From an uncultured bacterium (GTDB lineage Bacteria > Margulisbacteria > WOR-1 > CAVSGV01), in the NCBI GenBank assembly GCA_963699255.1, contig OY969425.1, forward strand, positions 780,001-812,000: a DNA stretch of 32,000 nt, in the 5' to 3' direction. A program made the position numbers and the translations under genes. Shown in pieces: positions 8,176 to 15,817 of this stretch; the stretch's first letter is position 1, and each line of letters starts with the position of its first letter. The notes under the pieces were generated by a model. It did not search any database. It was not told the DNA's origin and saw only the letters and a list, made by a program, of their open reading frames with translations.

Positions 8176-10317
8176 CTACATCACTATTTTAGGAAAATCG
8201 GCGATCTCAAGGTACATTCTTTCCAGGGTTTTCAGGAGCGCCAGCCGGTTGGCGCGGACCTTTTCGTTCTTGTCCATCACCATAACCTTAACGAAAAAGT
8301 CATCAACAGGTTTCGTCATATTAGACAGCTCTTTCAACGCCGTTTCATAATCATTCCTGCCGATGGCTTCGCCGATGCGGGCATTGACGTCAAGATGAAG
8401 TGCATATAACGATCTTTCATCTTCCTGGACAAAATCAGCTTCAACCACGTTTTCCCTTGTCGCGTTGACGGCCAGCCTCGATATCCTGTCCGCCGTGAAA
8501 ACTATTCCCTTGAACCACTCCTCCTTAAGGCGCCTTGACAGGACCTTTGCTTTTTCGCAGACATCGAGCACATCTCCAAAATGAGAAAGCGCCGCGTCGG
8601 CGACATCATATTTTGTATTTCCTTCAATAAGGACGGCTTTTACTCTGGCCGCTAGAAAAGAGAGCACGTCGGAAGTGACTTTCTGGGCATTATTATATTT
8701 AACGTTCCCCGCCGTGAATATCTCGCCCAGGAAAAGCGGCTCATATAACTTGTAAGACTTTCCGATGAGGTCTTCCAGCTCCAGGTTTATTTTCCTGTTC
8801 AGGAGAACGCTGACTATGCCCTGAGCTTGCCTTCTTAGCGCAAAAGGATCTTCGGAGCCGGAAGGGATAAGGTTTATGCTGAAACATCCCACGATAGAGT
8901 CCATCTTGTCCGCTATCCCGACCACCGCGCCTTCGATGGAAGACGGCATGATATCTTCGGAATGCCTGGGAAGGTAGTGCTCGAATATGCCGTTCGCTAT
9001 CTCCTTCGGCTTGCCTTCGAGGAGGCTGTACTCCCTTCCCATAACTCCCTGGAGTTCGGGCAGCTCATATACCATCTGGGTCAGGAGGTCCGCCTTGCAA
9101 ATCTGGGCGATGCGCTTTATGTTCTCTCTCTGGCTCTGGTTAAGCTTGAGTTCTTTCGCTATCCAGTCGGACAGCGCGACGATCCTCTCCACTTTTTCGG
9201 AAACGGAACCCAGCTTGTCGTAAAACGCGACCTTCTCGAGCTTCGGCAAACGGTCTTCAAGGAATTTTTTTCTATCTTCGTCAAAAAAGAATTTAGCGTC
9301 ATAAAGGCGGGCCGCGAGAACTCTTTCATTGCCTTCCTGCACGTTCTTCAGCCCTTCTTTCCTAACTCCGTTCGCGATATTAACGAACAATGGAAGTATG
9401 CGCCCCGCTGGATCGGAAACCGATATGTATTTCTGGTGCTTCTTCATTACCGTAACGAGTACATCCTTTGGAAGGCTCAGGTATTCTTTTTTAAAGCCGC
9501 CGGAAAGCGGCACCGGCCATTCCACAAGGTAATTGACCTCATCAAGGATGTCCCCTTCGATCAAAGCCGTTCCGCCTTTTCTTTTTGCCGTCTCCCTGAC
9601 CATGTCCGATATCTGCGCCTTTCTCTCGTTCTGGTCAAGCATCACCTTGCCTTTTAAGAGGGCGCTCTTGAAATCCTTGATGTTTATGCCTTTCGCGGTA
9701 TTTATCGTTATCGGCTTCGAGCCGAAGAACCTGTGGCCGAACGTCTTATTTGAGGACCTTATGCCGGCTATCTCAAAGTTCATCACCTTTTTCCCGCAGA
9801 CAGCAAGTATCCAGTGCAGCGGGCGTATGAACTTAAAATCCACGCTCCCCCATCTCATTGAGATGGGAAGATAAAGCGATCTGATGAGCTTCGGAAAAAG
9901 CGATCCAAGGACCTTGTCGGTCTCGATCCCCTTTTCCGTGACGGACGCAAAAACAAATTCCTTGTCGCCGACCTTTTTTATCTTCAGGTCTGAAACGGAA
10001 ACTCCCTGGCCGTTCGCGAATCCCTCCCCCGCCTTAGTCGGGGCGCCGTTTTCGGCGAAAGCCACCTGTTTGTGAGGGCCCCTGACCTCTTTTTTAAGAT
10101 CGTCCTGCTTATGCGGAAGCCCCTCTATGTAAAGCACAAGTCTTCTGGGCGTGCCGTACGTTTCTATCGATCCGTATAACAGCCTTGACGCCTGAAGTTC
10201 TTTTTCAGCCTTTTGTTTAAGGTCGGCAAGTATTGCCGGCATGAACCTGGCCGGAACTTCCTCAAGGCCGATCTCCAGTAAAGCATTTATTTTTTTGTTT
10301 GTTTCCGTTTTTTTCAT
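8176..10317 (-). CDS. glyS: Glycyl-tRNA synthetase beta subunit
   Basis: 713 aa with LLEIGLEEVPARFMP...GTPRRL near the N-terminus, full-length GlyS architecture, and a position downstream of glyQ. Confidence 0.95.
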   Translation of the reverse strand: MKKTETNKKINALLEIGLEEVPARFMPAILADLKQKAEKELQASRLLYGSIETYGTPRRLVLYIEGLPHKQDDLKKEVRGPHKQVAFAENGAPTKAGEGFANGQGVSVSDLKIKKVGDKEFVFASVTEKGIETDKVLGSLFPKLIRSLYLPISMRWGSVDFKFIRPLHWILAVCGKKVMNFEIAGIRSSNKTFGHRFFGSKPITINTAKGINIKDFKSALLKGKVMLDQNERKAQISDMVRETAKRKGGTALIEGDILDEVNYLVEWPVPLSGGFKKEYLSLPKDVLVTVMKKHQKYISVSDPAGRILPLFVNIANGVRKEGLKNVQEGNERVLAARLYDAKFFFDEDRKKFLEDRLPKLEKVAFYDKLGSVSEKVERIVALSDWIAKELKLNQSQRENIKRIAQICKADLLTQMVYELPELQGVMGREYSLLEGKPKEIANGIFEHYLPRHSEDIMPSSIEGAVVGIADKMDSIVGCFSINLIPSGSEDPFALRRQAQGIVSVLLNRKINLELEDLIGKSYKLYEPLFLGEIFTAGNVKYNNAQKVTSDVLSFLAARVKAVLIEGNTKYDVADAALSHFGDVLDVCEKAKVLSRRLKEEWFKGIVFTADRISRLAVNATRENVVEADFVQEDERSLYALHLDVNARIGEAIGRNDYETALKELSNMTKPVDDFFVKVMVMDKNEKVRANRLALLKTLERMYLEIADFPKIVM

Positions 10318-10334
10318 AATTTGCCTTTAAATAC

Positions 10335-10470
10335 CAATCTTCAACATAAAACTTCAAACCTCAAACTTCAAAATCCCAGACAAATCTCAAATTCCAACTT
10401 TCAACCCCAATTTTGGGTTTAGAATTTGGGATTTATTTTGATATTTGAAGTTTGGATTTTGGATTTTTGA
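10335..10470. repeat. Long imperfect palindrome built from degenerate CAAAYTT-type units, in the glyQ-glyS spacer
   Basis: There are nested inverted repeats around a centre near 10411. These are CAAACTTCAAA (10362-10372) against TTTGAAGTTTG (10444-10454), an 11/11 match. AAATCTCAAATTC (10382-10394) pairs with GAATTTGGGATTT (10422-10434) at 12/13. AACCCCAA (10403-10410) pairs with TTGGGTT (10413-10419). The right arm encodes the last ~11 codons of glyQ. Confidence 0.6.
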
Positions 10471-11347
10471 TCAGCGGGTGCCCCATCGCCTCCCTCTGTT
10501 CAACATAAAGTTTGGCGCAATCCCTTGCCAGTCTCCTGATCTTTCCTATGTAAGCCGTCCTCTCGGTTACAGCGATGGCTCCGCGCGCGTCAAGGATATT
10601 GAACGCGTGGGAGCATTTAAGCACGTAATCGAACGCTGGCAGGACAAGCCTTGATCTTATCAGGTTGACAGCTTCTTTCTGGTAAAGATCGAACAGGCTG
10701 TTCATGATATTCATGTCGGCAAGCTCAAAGTTATATTTGCTGTACTCGATCTCTGATATTTTATGTATGTCCCCGTATTTTATCCCTTTTGCCCATTCGA
10801 CGTCATATACGCTGTCGACCTTCTGGGAGAAAGCCGCGATCCTCTCAAGCCCGTAAGTGATCTCAACGCTGACCGGATTGACGTCAAAACCTCCGCACTG
10901 CTGGAAATAAGTGAATTGCGTTATCTCCATTCCCGCAAGCCAAACTTCCCATCCGACCCCCCACGCCCCCAGAGTGGGCGATTCCCAGTTGTCCTCCACG
11001 AAACGGACATCGTATTTGTAGGGATCGATCTTTATTGCTCTTAAGCTGTCCAGGTAAATATCCTGGATGTTCAAAGGAGAGGGCTTCATTATCACCTGGA
11101 ACTGGTAGTAGTGTGCCAGTCTGTTGGGGTTCTCGCCGTAACGGCCGTCGGTCGGGCGTCGGACAGGATCAACATACGCGACGTTCCAGGGTTCGGGCCC
11201 CAGGACCCTGAAAAAAGTGGGCGGGCTCATCGTCCCGGCGCCTTTTTCCATGTCGTACGGCTGCTGGATTACGCAGCCCTGTTTTGCCCAGAAATTCGAA
11301 AGGTTCGAGATTATGTCCTGGAAATACATGCGGAGTGATTCTAACAC
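10433..11347 (-). CDS. glyQ: Glycyl-tRNA synthetase alpha subunit
   Basis: [35 protein letters not shown]...[24 protein letters not shown] is near-invariant GlyQ sequence. The track start is GTG at 11347. ATG at 11329 (MYFQDII...) is an alternative start. Confidence 0.95.
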   Translation of the reverse strand: MLESLRMYFQDIISNLSNFWAKQGCVIQQPYDMEKGAGTMSPPTFFRVLGPEPWNVAYVDPVRRPTDGRYGENPNRLAHYYQFQVIMKPSPLNIQDIYLDSLRAIKIDPYKYDVRFVEDNWESPTLGAWGVGWEVWLAGMEITQFTYFQQCGGFDVNPVSVEITYGLERIAAFSQKVDSVYDVEWAKGIKYGDIHKISEIEYSKYNFELADMNIMNSLFDLYQKEAVNLIRSRLVLPAFDYVLKCSHAFNILDARGAIAVTERTAYIGKIRRLARDCAKLYVEQREAMGHPLIKNPKSKLQISK

Positions 11348-11474
11348 AAGGCAATAGGTTGTTCAAATGCGCTCAAATAATATCAAGCACCTTATAACCC
11401 GGTGACAAAAAGGGGAAGAATAACGTCGGGAAAGTCAGAAATATCAATTACTGGACAAAAAAGCAGCAAAGTAG

Positions 11475-12530
11475 TTATTCGTTAATATGCAGACAATATG
11501 TATTTTCAAATGCATGCCCGGTAATTGAATGAGCAATATCTATACAGCCGCCTTTGCATTGTTCCCCATGTTCACACGTGGAGCATCTTCCTTTAAGAAA
11601 TGTCCTGTCAAAATGCCTCGAATAACAAAATAACTTTGGATCGTTCCAAATGTCATATAAATTTCTTTCTCTTATATTTCCTTCTACATATTGATCCGGC
11701 AGAGAATTGCATCCTTTGATGTTCCCATTGCTTTGGATCCCAAGATTTGATTTGCCGGCCTTACACCCATTCCAATGCATGCAATTAATGGAAGATCTCG
11801 GGAATTTATCGGAAAAATAACCGATATCATCGGCGCCTGCAATGGGGAGTTCAGCGATTGAATATTTTGTTGCCGAATCATGAACGAATTTGGCGATCCT
11901 TAGATAATCATGTTTATCAATGAAATATTCTTCATTAAAGCGGCAACCATTTTTACTGGCTATTTGGACCTGCCATCCGATGCCTTTGCCTAATATAATG
12001 TCCCGGATCAGGGGCATCTCATCGATATTAAGCTTATTGACAGTAGTAATAATTGAAACATTGATCCCATTTTCTTGAAATATTTTAATGGAGCGCATTA
12101 CCTTATCAAAAGAACCCTTAAAGCTTCTGATCCTATCATGAGTTTCAGGCCTTCCTCCATCCAAGCTTAAACCAATCACCTGTGGACCGGTTTTCATGAC
12201 CTTTGATGTTAAGCTTTTATTCCCCGGGAACAAAGAACCATTGCTTACATAAGTTACGCCTAGATCCAGATCTTTTATCAAGCGTGCTATCTCATACCAG
12301 TCCGCTCTTAAAAAAGGTTCTCCGCCGATCAAGGACACCCTCTTGAAACCGATCCTTTTTAGGTCTTTGGCCACGGTCTTAATTTCTTCTATTGATAATT
12401 CATTCGCCCTGTTCGCCCCTGCCGAACTTCCACAGTGCAAACACCTAAAATTGCATAGAAGGGTGATCTCCCAAACGGCGCAATCGGGGGTAATATCTTT
12501 TGAGATGGGTCGGATTATTCTTATCCTCAT
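11475..12530 (-). CDS. Radical SAM enzyme with C-terminal SPASM domain (peptide/protein-modifying type)
   Basis: It carries CNFRCLHC (CX3CX2C) at residues ~26-33 and GGEPFL. The SPASM cysteine pattern is complete: CKAGKSNLGIQSNGNIKGC (CX12GX4C) then CSTCEHGEQCKGGC (CX2CX5CX3C) and a final YC. Confidence 0.85.
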   Translation of the reverse strand: MRIRIIRPISKDITPDCAVWEITLLCNFRCLHCGSSAGANRANELSIEEIKTVAKDLKRIGFKRVSLIGGEPFLRADWYEIARLIKDLDLGVTYVSNGSLFPGNKSLTSKVMKTGPQVIGLSLDGGRPETHDRIRSFKGSFDKVMRSIKIFQENGINVSIITTVNKLNIDEMPLIRDIILGKGIGWQVQIASKNGCRFNEEYFIDKHDYLRIAKFVHDSATKYSIAELPIAGADDIGYFSDKFPRSSINCMHWNGCKAGKSNLGIQSNGNIKGCNSLPDQYVEGNIRERNLYDIWNDPKLFCYSRHFDRTFLKGRCSTCEHGEQCKGGCIDIAHSITGHAFENTYCLHINE

Positions 12531-12545
12531 ATAAAATACCGGTAT

Positions 12546-13523
12546 CTACCTGACGCAGACATTTGTTTTCATCACACGAGAAGCGACAACCCTCAAATAT
12601 CTATTATAATTCTCTTTTATAAAGAAGTCGGATCGAAAGATATTCGTTTTGCCGGCTTTCTTCCCGCTTTCAATAAAAAGCTGCAGATAGTCCTTTGCGC
12701 TATTATAATCCATTTTATTCCCGGCTGTTGCCAGTATGTCCCAGAAACTTTGTTTTGCCAGTTTATCAAGGGGTTCCTTAATGTCGCCTGATATGTCTGT
12801 TTTGCGGGAATCCTTCTTGTAATTCAATAAGAACAATAATGTCTTCGGGCTGACATATTTATAAAAATCAATAAAGGTCCGCAGCATTGTTCCATCCTTT
12901 ACGGACAAATAATCTTCAATGATCTTATTTAAACATGGCATGTCGGAATATTCGATCTTTATGCCCCCGTGCCTGTTTATCGCGCTTATTATGCTGTTCC
13001 TCATATCGGACCGCGCGGAACCGTTTTTTTGGGCGATCACCTGAATGGTTGGCTGGAAAAGTATTTCCTCGGTCCTGTTGGCGCTTGTAACTATAAATCC
13101 GCTTTTTTTCAACATATCGGCCAATAGATCATATGGAAAGCAGAATTTATGGGACATGCCGGGTTCTTCCGTGCCATAGATACAGCAGAGGATATTTTCT
13201 TTGTTTCCCGGTTCGTTTTGCCTTAAGTATTCAGAAAAAGCCTTTTCAATGTCGGGGGTTAAGATCTTAACTGTACCCTTGTCCTTTAAAAGCAAATAAA
13301 GATCGGCAAGAGTAAAATAAGCCTTACAAAATCCAAGGTGTTCAATAACATCCTTAAGCAATATCTCCTCAAAATAATCATGGGGCAGATTGAGCTTGAC
13401 GGCAGATTGAATAAAATCCGCGACCGATGCGGCGGAAATGTCGATATTTAAATAACCTGATTGATAATCAAAACCACAGCCAAGATTAATCTTCCTTGGA
13501 TATTTCTTCGTAAAAGATATCAT
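12546..13523 (-). CDS. Class I SAM-dependent methyltransferase with an uncharacterised ~150-aa C-terminal domain
   Basis: The N-terminal region has the glycine-loop motif INLGCGFD...GYLNIDI and later LKDVIEHL, as in Methyltransf_11/23-like proteins. I recognise nothing in the C-terminal half. The only in-frame ATG overlaps the upstream gene by 38 nt. Confidence 0.65.
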   Translation of the reverse strand: MISFTKKYPRKINLGCGFDYQSGYLNIDISAASVADFIQSAVKLNLPHDYFEEILLKDVIEHLGFCKAYFTLADLYLLLKDKGTVKILTPDIEKAFSEYLRQNEPGNKENILCCIYGTEEPGMSHKFCFPYDLLADMLKKSGFIVTSANRTEEILFQPTIQVIAQKNGSARSDMRNSIISAINRHGGIKIEYSDMPCLNKIIEDYLSVKDGTMLRTFIDFYKYVSPKTLLFLLNYKKDSRKTDISGDIKEPLDKLAKQSFWDILATAGNKMDYNSAKDYLQLFIESGKKAGKTNIFRSDFFIKENYNRYLRVVASRVMKTNVCVR

Positions 13524-14259
13524 CTTTGCTTATGACAGCATACCTCGTTCCTTTTGTATAGGGTTTATCAACTTGCGGGCTATTAACTCCCGCTGATGAA
13601 ATGAAGTTAGGAACTGTTGAAAGATTATAAATCCGTTGGTGCGTTGTGTTGTCAAGAATGTTTATAGTGTCTATTGTCATTTGAAAGCCTTCTTCGGTTT
13701 CAGCCAATTTCACACCCGTTGTATTCACGCCGTCTAGATCATTGGGCAAAGAAAGCTTGGCGGTGCCAAGATCGATAGTATGACCGTATGGAGTAGTGGC
13801 GGTTACGCCAGGAGCAAAATTTATGTAAATATTGCCACCCTCAAGAGAAAACTTTAATCCCAGATTTTTTAAATTGGCTGCAGAATTTACTTCAACAGTA
13901 TAATCATATTTATCGGCAACCTTGCTTCCCCCGGAAATACAGCTCATTATTTCAACGGATGGTTTTAAATATTTATTTGTAAATTTATCCAAAATTTCCG
14001 ATCCGGGCATTTCACCATATAAAGACGACATTATTTGATTTAATTTCGCATCAGTATTATCTTCTAACCATAGGTCCATTAACGTTGAACACGCTTCTTC
14101 CATCCTTTCATTTTCTGGCTTAGAGGTGTTATTCAATGATGCCGATACTTCATTTTTAATCGCTTCAGTATCTTCATCTAATCTGTTGGTTTTACCTTTG
14201 ATCTGAATACCGGATGTTATAGGCTTATTCGATCCAACCTTCATATCACCATTTGTCAT
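13486..14259 (-). CDS. Hypothetical protein (257 aa from ATG 14259), first gene of the radical SAM cassette
   Basis: The ORF track begins at 14298, but the ATG at 14257-14259 is preceded by AAAGGAG with an 8-nt spacer, giving MTNGDMKVGSN... The protein is rich in Asn, Thr, Ser and Gly, has no signal peptide or TM segment and shows no recognisable family. Confidence 0.6.
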   Translation of the reverse strand: MTNGDMKVGSNKPITSGIQIKGKTNRLDEDTEAIKNEVSASLNNTSKPENERMEEACSTLMDLWLEDNTDAKLNQIMSSLYGEMPGSEILDKFTNKYLKPSVEIMSCISGGSKVADKYDYTVEVNSAANLKNLGLKFSLEGGNIYINFAPGVTATTPYGHTIDLGTAKLSLPNDLDGVNTTGVKLAETEEGFQMTIDTINILDNTTHQRIYNLSTVPNFISSAGVNSPQVDKPYTKGTRYAVISKDDIFYEEISKED

Positions 14260-14303
14260 ATTTATCACTCCTTTTAGCGAACGATCAACCTTCAACACTG
14301 CAT

Positions 14304-14345
14304 ATTATACCTATGAATTTTATACCTGAACAATGCCCTTGTCAA
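14304..14345 (-). promoter_or_regulatory. Sigma70-like promoter of the orphan/MTase/rSAM cassette
   Basis: The minus strand carries a perfect TTGACA (14340-14345), followed after 15 nt by TATAAA (14319-14324), and a perfect TATAAT at 14304-14309. All lie about 45-80 nt upstream of the ATG at 14259. Confidence 0.4.
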
Positions 14346-14436
14346 ATAACAGTTGTCTGTTTGGATAATACTCCCTGAGACACCGGCAAAAGCCATTCAA
14401 TCAGTGGAGATAGATCGGGAAAGATCACTCACTCCC

Positions 14437-14465
14437 TTTCCATCCTTTTATAAATAATGTATAAT
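14437..14465 (+). promoter_or_regulatory. Sigma70-like promoter of fmdB-trpD, possibly giving a leaderless or near-leaderless mRNA
   Basis: TTTCCA (14437-14442), 17 nt spacer, TATAAT (14460-14465). Only 8 nt (GCCCCCGT) separate the -10 box from the ATG at 14474, and there is no Shine-Dalgarno sequence. Confidence 0.35.
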
Positions 14466-14473
14466 GCCCCCGT

Positions 14474-14716
14474 ATGCCGTTCTACGATTATAAATGCAAA
14501 GACTGCGGGAAAACCTTCGAGATAGAAAAGGGTATGAACGAAAAAGCGCACCCGAAGTGCCCGTTTTGCAAAAGCTCCCAGACCTCCAGGAAGTTCACGG
14601 CGCCCAGGCGCGCGCCGTCCAAGTCCGACTATCTCGACCACGAGGGAAGCGAACAGAGCGGATCGTGCTCATCCTGCTCGAGCGGGGTCTGTTCCACCTG
14701 CAACACGAAAGGATAA
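14474..14716 (+). CDS. FmdB-family zinc-ribbon protein (CxxC_CxxC_SSSS type) with a Cys/Ser-rich tail
   Basis: MPFYDYKCKDCGKTFE...HPKCPFCKS has two CxxC pairs at the family-typical spacing. The low-complexity tail is SGSCSSCSSGVCSTCN. Confidence 0.8.
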   Translation: MPFYDYKCKDCGKTFEIEKGMNEKAHPKCPFCKSSQTSRKFTAPRRAPSKSDYLDHEGSEQSGSCSSCSSGVCSTCNTKG

Positions 14717-14720
14717 TATA

Positions 14721-15734
14721 ATGATAAAGGACGCTATAAAAAAAGTAGTAGAAAATACGGACCTTTCAACTGACGAAGCCTCCACAGTAATGGGCGAGAT
14801 AATGCGCGGGGAAGCCACCCCTTCCCAGATATCCTGCCTTATAACCGCGCTAAGGATGAAAGGCGAAACGGCTGACGAAGTAACAGGTTTCGCTTCAAAA
14901 ATGAGGGAACATGCGTTAAAGATAGATGTGAAATTCGGCAACCTTATTGACACCTGCGGCACCGGCGGGGATTTCTCTGGGACGTTCAATATCTCTACCG
15001 TTTCAGCTATCGTTGCGGCCGCCGCGGGAGCCATGGTGGCAAAACACGGCAACCGCTCGGCATCCAGCAAATGCGGAAGCGCCGACGTACTTGAAGCGTT
15101 GGGAGTGAAGATAGACCTTCCCCCCCAAAAAGTCAAAAGATCCATCGAGGAAATAGGCATCGGATTCATATTCGCCCAGACTTTCCATCCCGCCATGAAA
15201 TACGCCGGTCCTTCCCGCAAGGAAATAGGCATAAGGACAATATTCAATATTCTGGGGCCTTTAACGAACCCAGCCGGGACCAAATTCCAGCTGCTTGGCA
15301 TCTTCAGCGAGAAACTGACCGAGCTGATGGCGCGCGTCCTCCAGAATCTGGGATCCACCGAAGTGATGGTGGTCCACGGGATGGACGGGCTGGACGAAAT
15401 AACCCTTACGGACAGGACCAAAATATCCCACTTAAAGGACGGGAACATAAAGACTTATTTCATCGAGCCAAAGGATTTCAGGATGAACCGATACGCGAAA
15501 GAAGATCTCATCGGCGGCTCCGTGAACGATAATGTAAAGATCACGCGTGACATCTTAAAAGGCGTTGAAAAATCCGCGAAACGCGACATCGTCCTGCTGA
15601 ACACGGCCGCTGCCCTGGTGGTTGGCCAGGTCGCGAAAGACATCAACGACGGGATAGCAAGGGCAAAAGAAGCGATAGACAGCGGAAAAGCTTTCAAAAA
15701 GCTTGAAGAGCTGATAAAGTTCACGAACGGCTAA
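14721..15734 (+). CDS. trpD: Anthranilate phosphoribosyltransferase
   Basis: 337 aa with DTCGTGGD, KHGNRSASSKCGSADVLEALG and NILGPLTNPA motifs. The start is 4 nt after the fmdB stop, with an AAAGGA RBS. Confidence 0.9.
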   Translation: MIKDAIKKVVENTDLSTDEASTVMGEIMRGEATPSQISCLITALRMKGETADEVTGFASKMREHALKIDVKFGNLIDTCGTGGDFSGTFNISTVSAIVAAAAGAMVAKHGNRSASSKCGSADVLEALGVKIDLPPQKVKRSIEEIGIGFIFAQTFHPAMKYAGPSRKEIGIRTIFNILGPLTNPAGTKFQLLGIFSEKLTELMARVLQNLGSTEVMVVHGMDGLDEITLTDRTKISHLKDGNIKTYFIEPKDFRMNRYAKEDLIGGSVNDNVKITRDILKGVEKSAKRDIVLLNTAAALVVGQVAKDINDGIARAKEAIDSGKAFKKLEELIKFTNG

Positions 15735-15736
15735 TA

Positions 15737-15799
15737 TCACCCTGAGCGAAAGCGAAGGGTCTGCCTTAACAGATTCTTCGTCCTTCGGATTCAGAGTGA
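15737..15799. repeat. Imperfect 63-nt hairpin element (GAGCGAAAGCGAAGGG type)
   Basis: The left arm TCACCCTGAGCGAAAGCGAAGGGTCTG (15737-15763) pairs with the right arm CAGATTCTTCGTCCTTCGGATTCAGAGTGA (15770-15799) through the blocks TCAC, CTGA, CGAA, CGAAG and TCTG. It lies between the trpD stop and the lptB RBS, and no U-tract follows it. Confidence 0.55.
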
Positions 15800-15817
15800 C
15801 AGGTTGGAGGAGTTAAG

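Noticed and set aside
10335-10470. Short repeated units in the glyQ-glyS spacer as a possible CRISPR array or tandem repeat
   Set aside because: The units are 7-8 nt, degenerate and arranged as an inverted (palindromic) structure. There are no constant ~30-nt repeats or unique spacers, and no cas genes are in the window.
11348-11474. T-box riboswitch upstream of glyQS (and upstream of proS at 7143-7333)
   Set aside because: The leaders are only ~130-190 nt and I find no T-box consensus (GGTGGTACCGCG-like) or terminator/antiterminator pair on the minus strand.
11475-12530. Radical SAM gene as a prokaryotic viperin-like antiviral enzyme or as a classical anaerobic sulfatase maturase
   Set aside because: Viperins lack a SPASM domain, whereas this protein has the full 7-Cys SPASM pattern. 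Assignment as anSME is unsupported because no sulfatase gene is nearby and the N-terminal motif context differs. It is left as an uncharacterised SPASM enzyme.
14669-15448. 259-aa minus-strand ORF overlapping trpD
   Set aside because: The plus-strand frame encodes an unmistakable TrpD (GTGGD, KHGNRSASS..GSADVLEALG). The antisense product is Ser/Pro/Ile-rich with no recognisable features or RBS.
14721-15734. trpD standing alone without other trp genes as an anomaly
   Set aside because: Dispersed trp genes are common, and the remaining trp genes may lie outside the window. The protein has all canonical TrpD motifs, so there is nothing unusual in the sequence itself.
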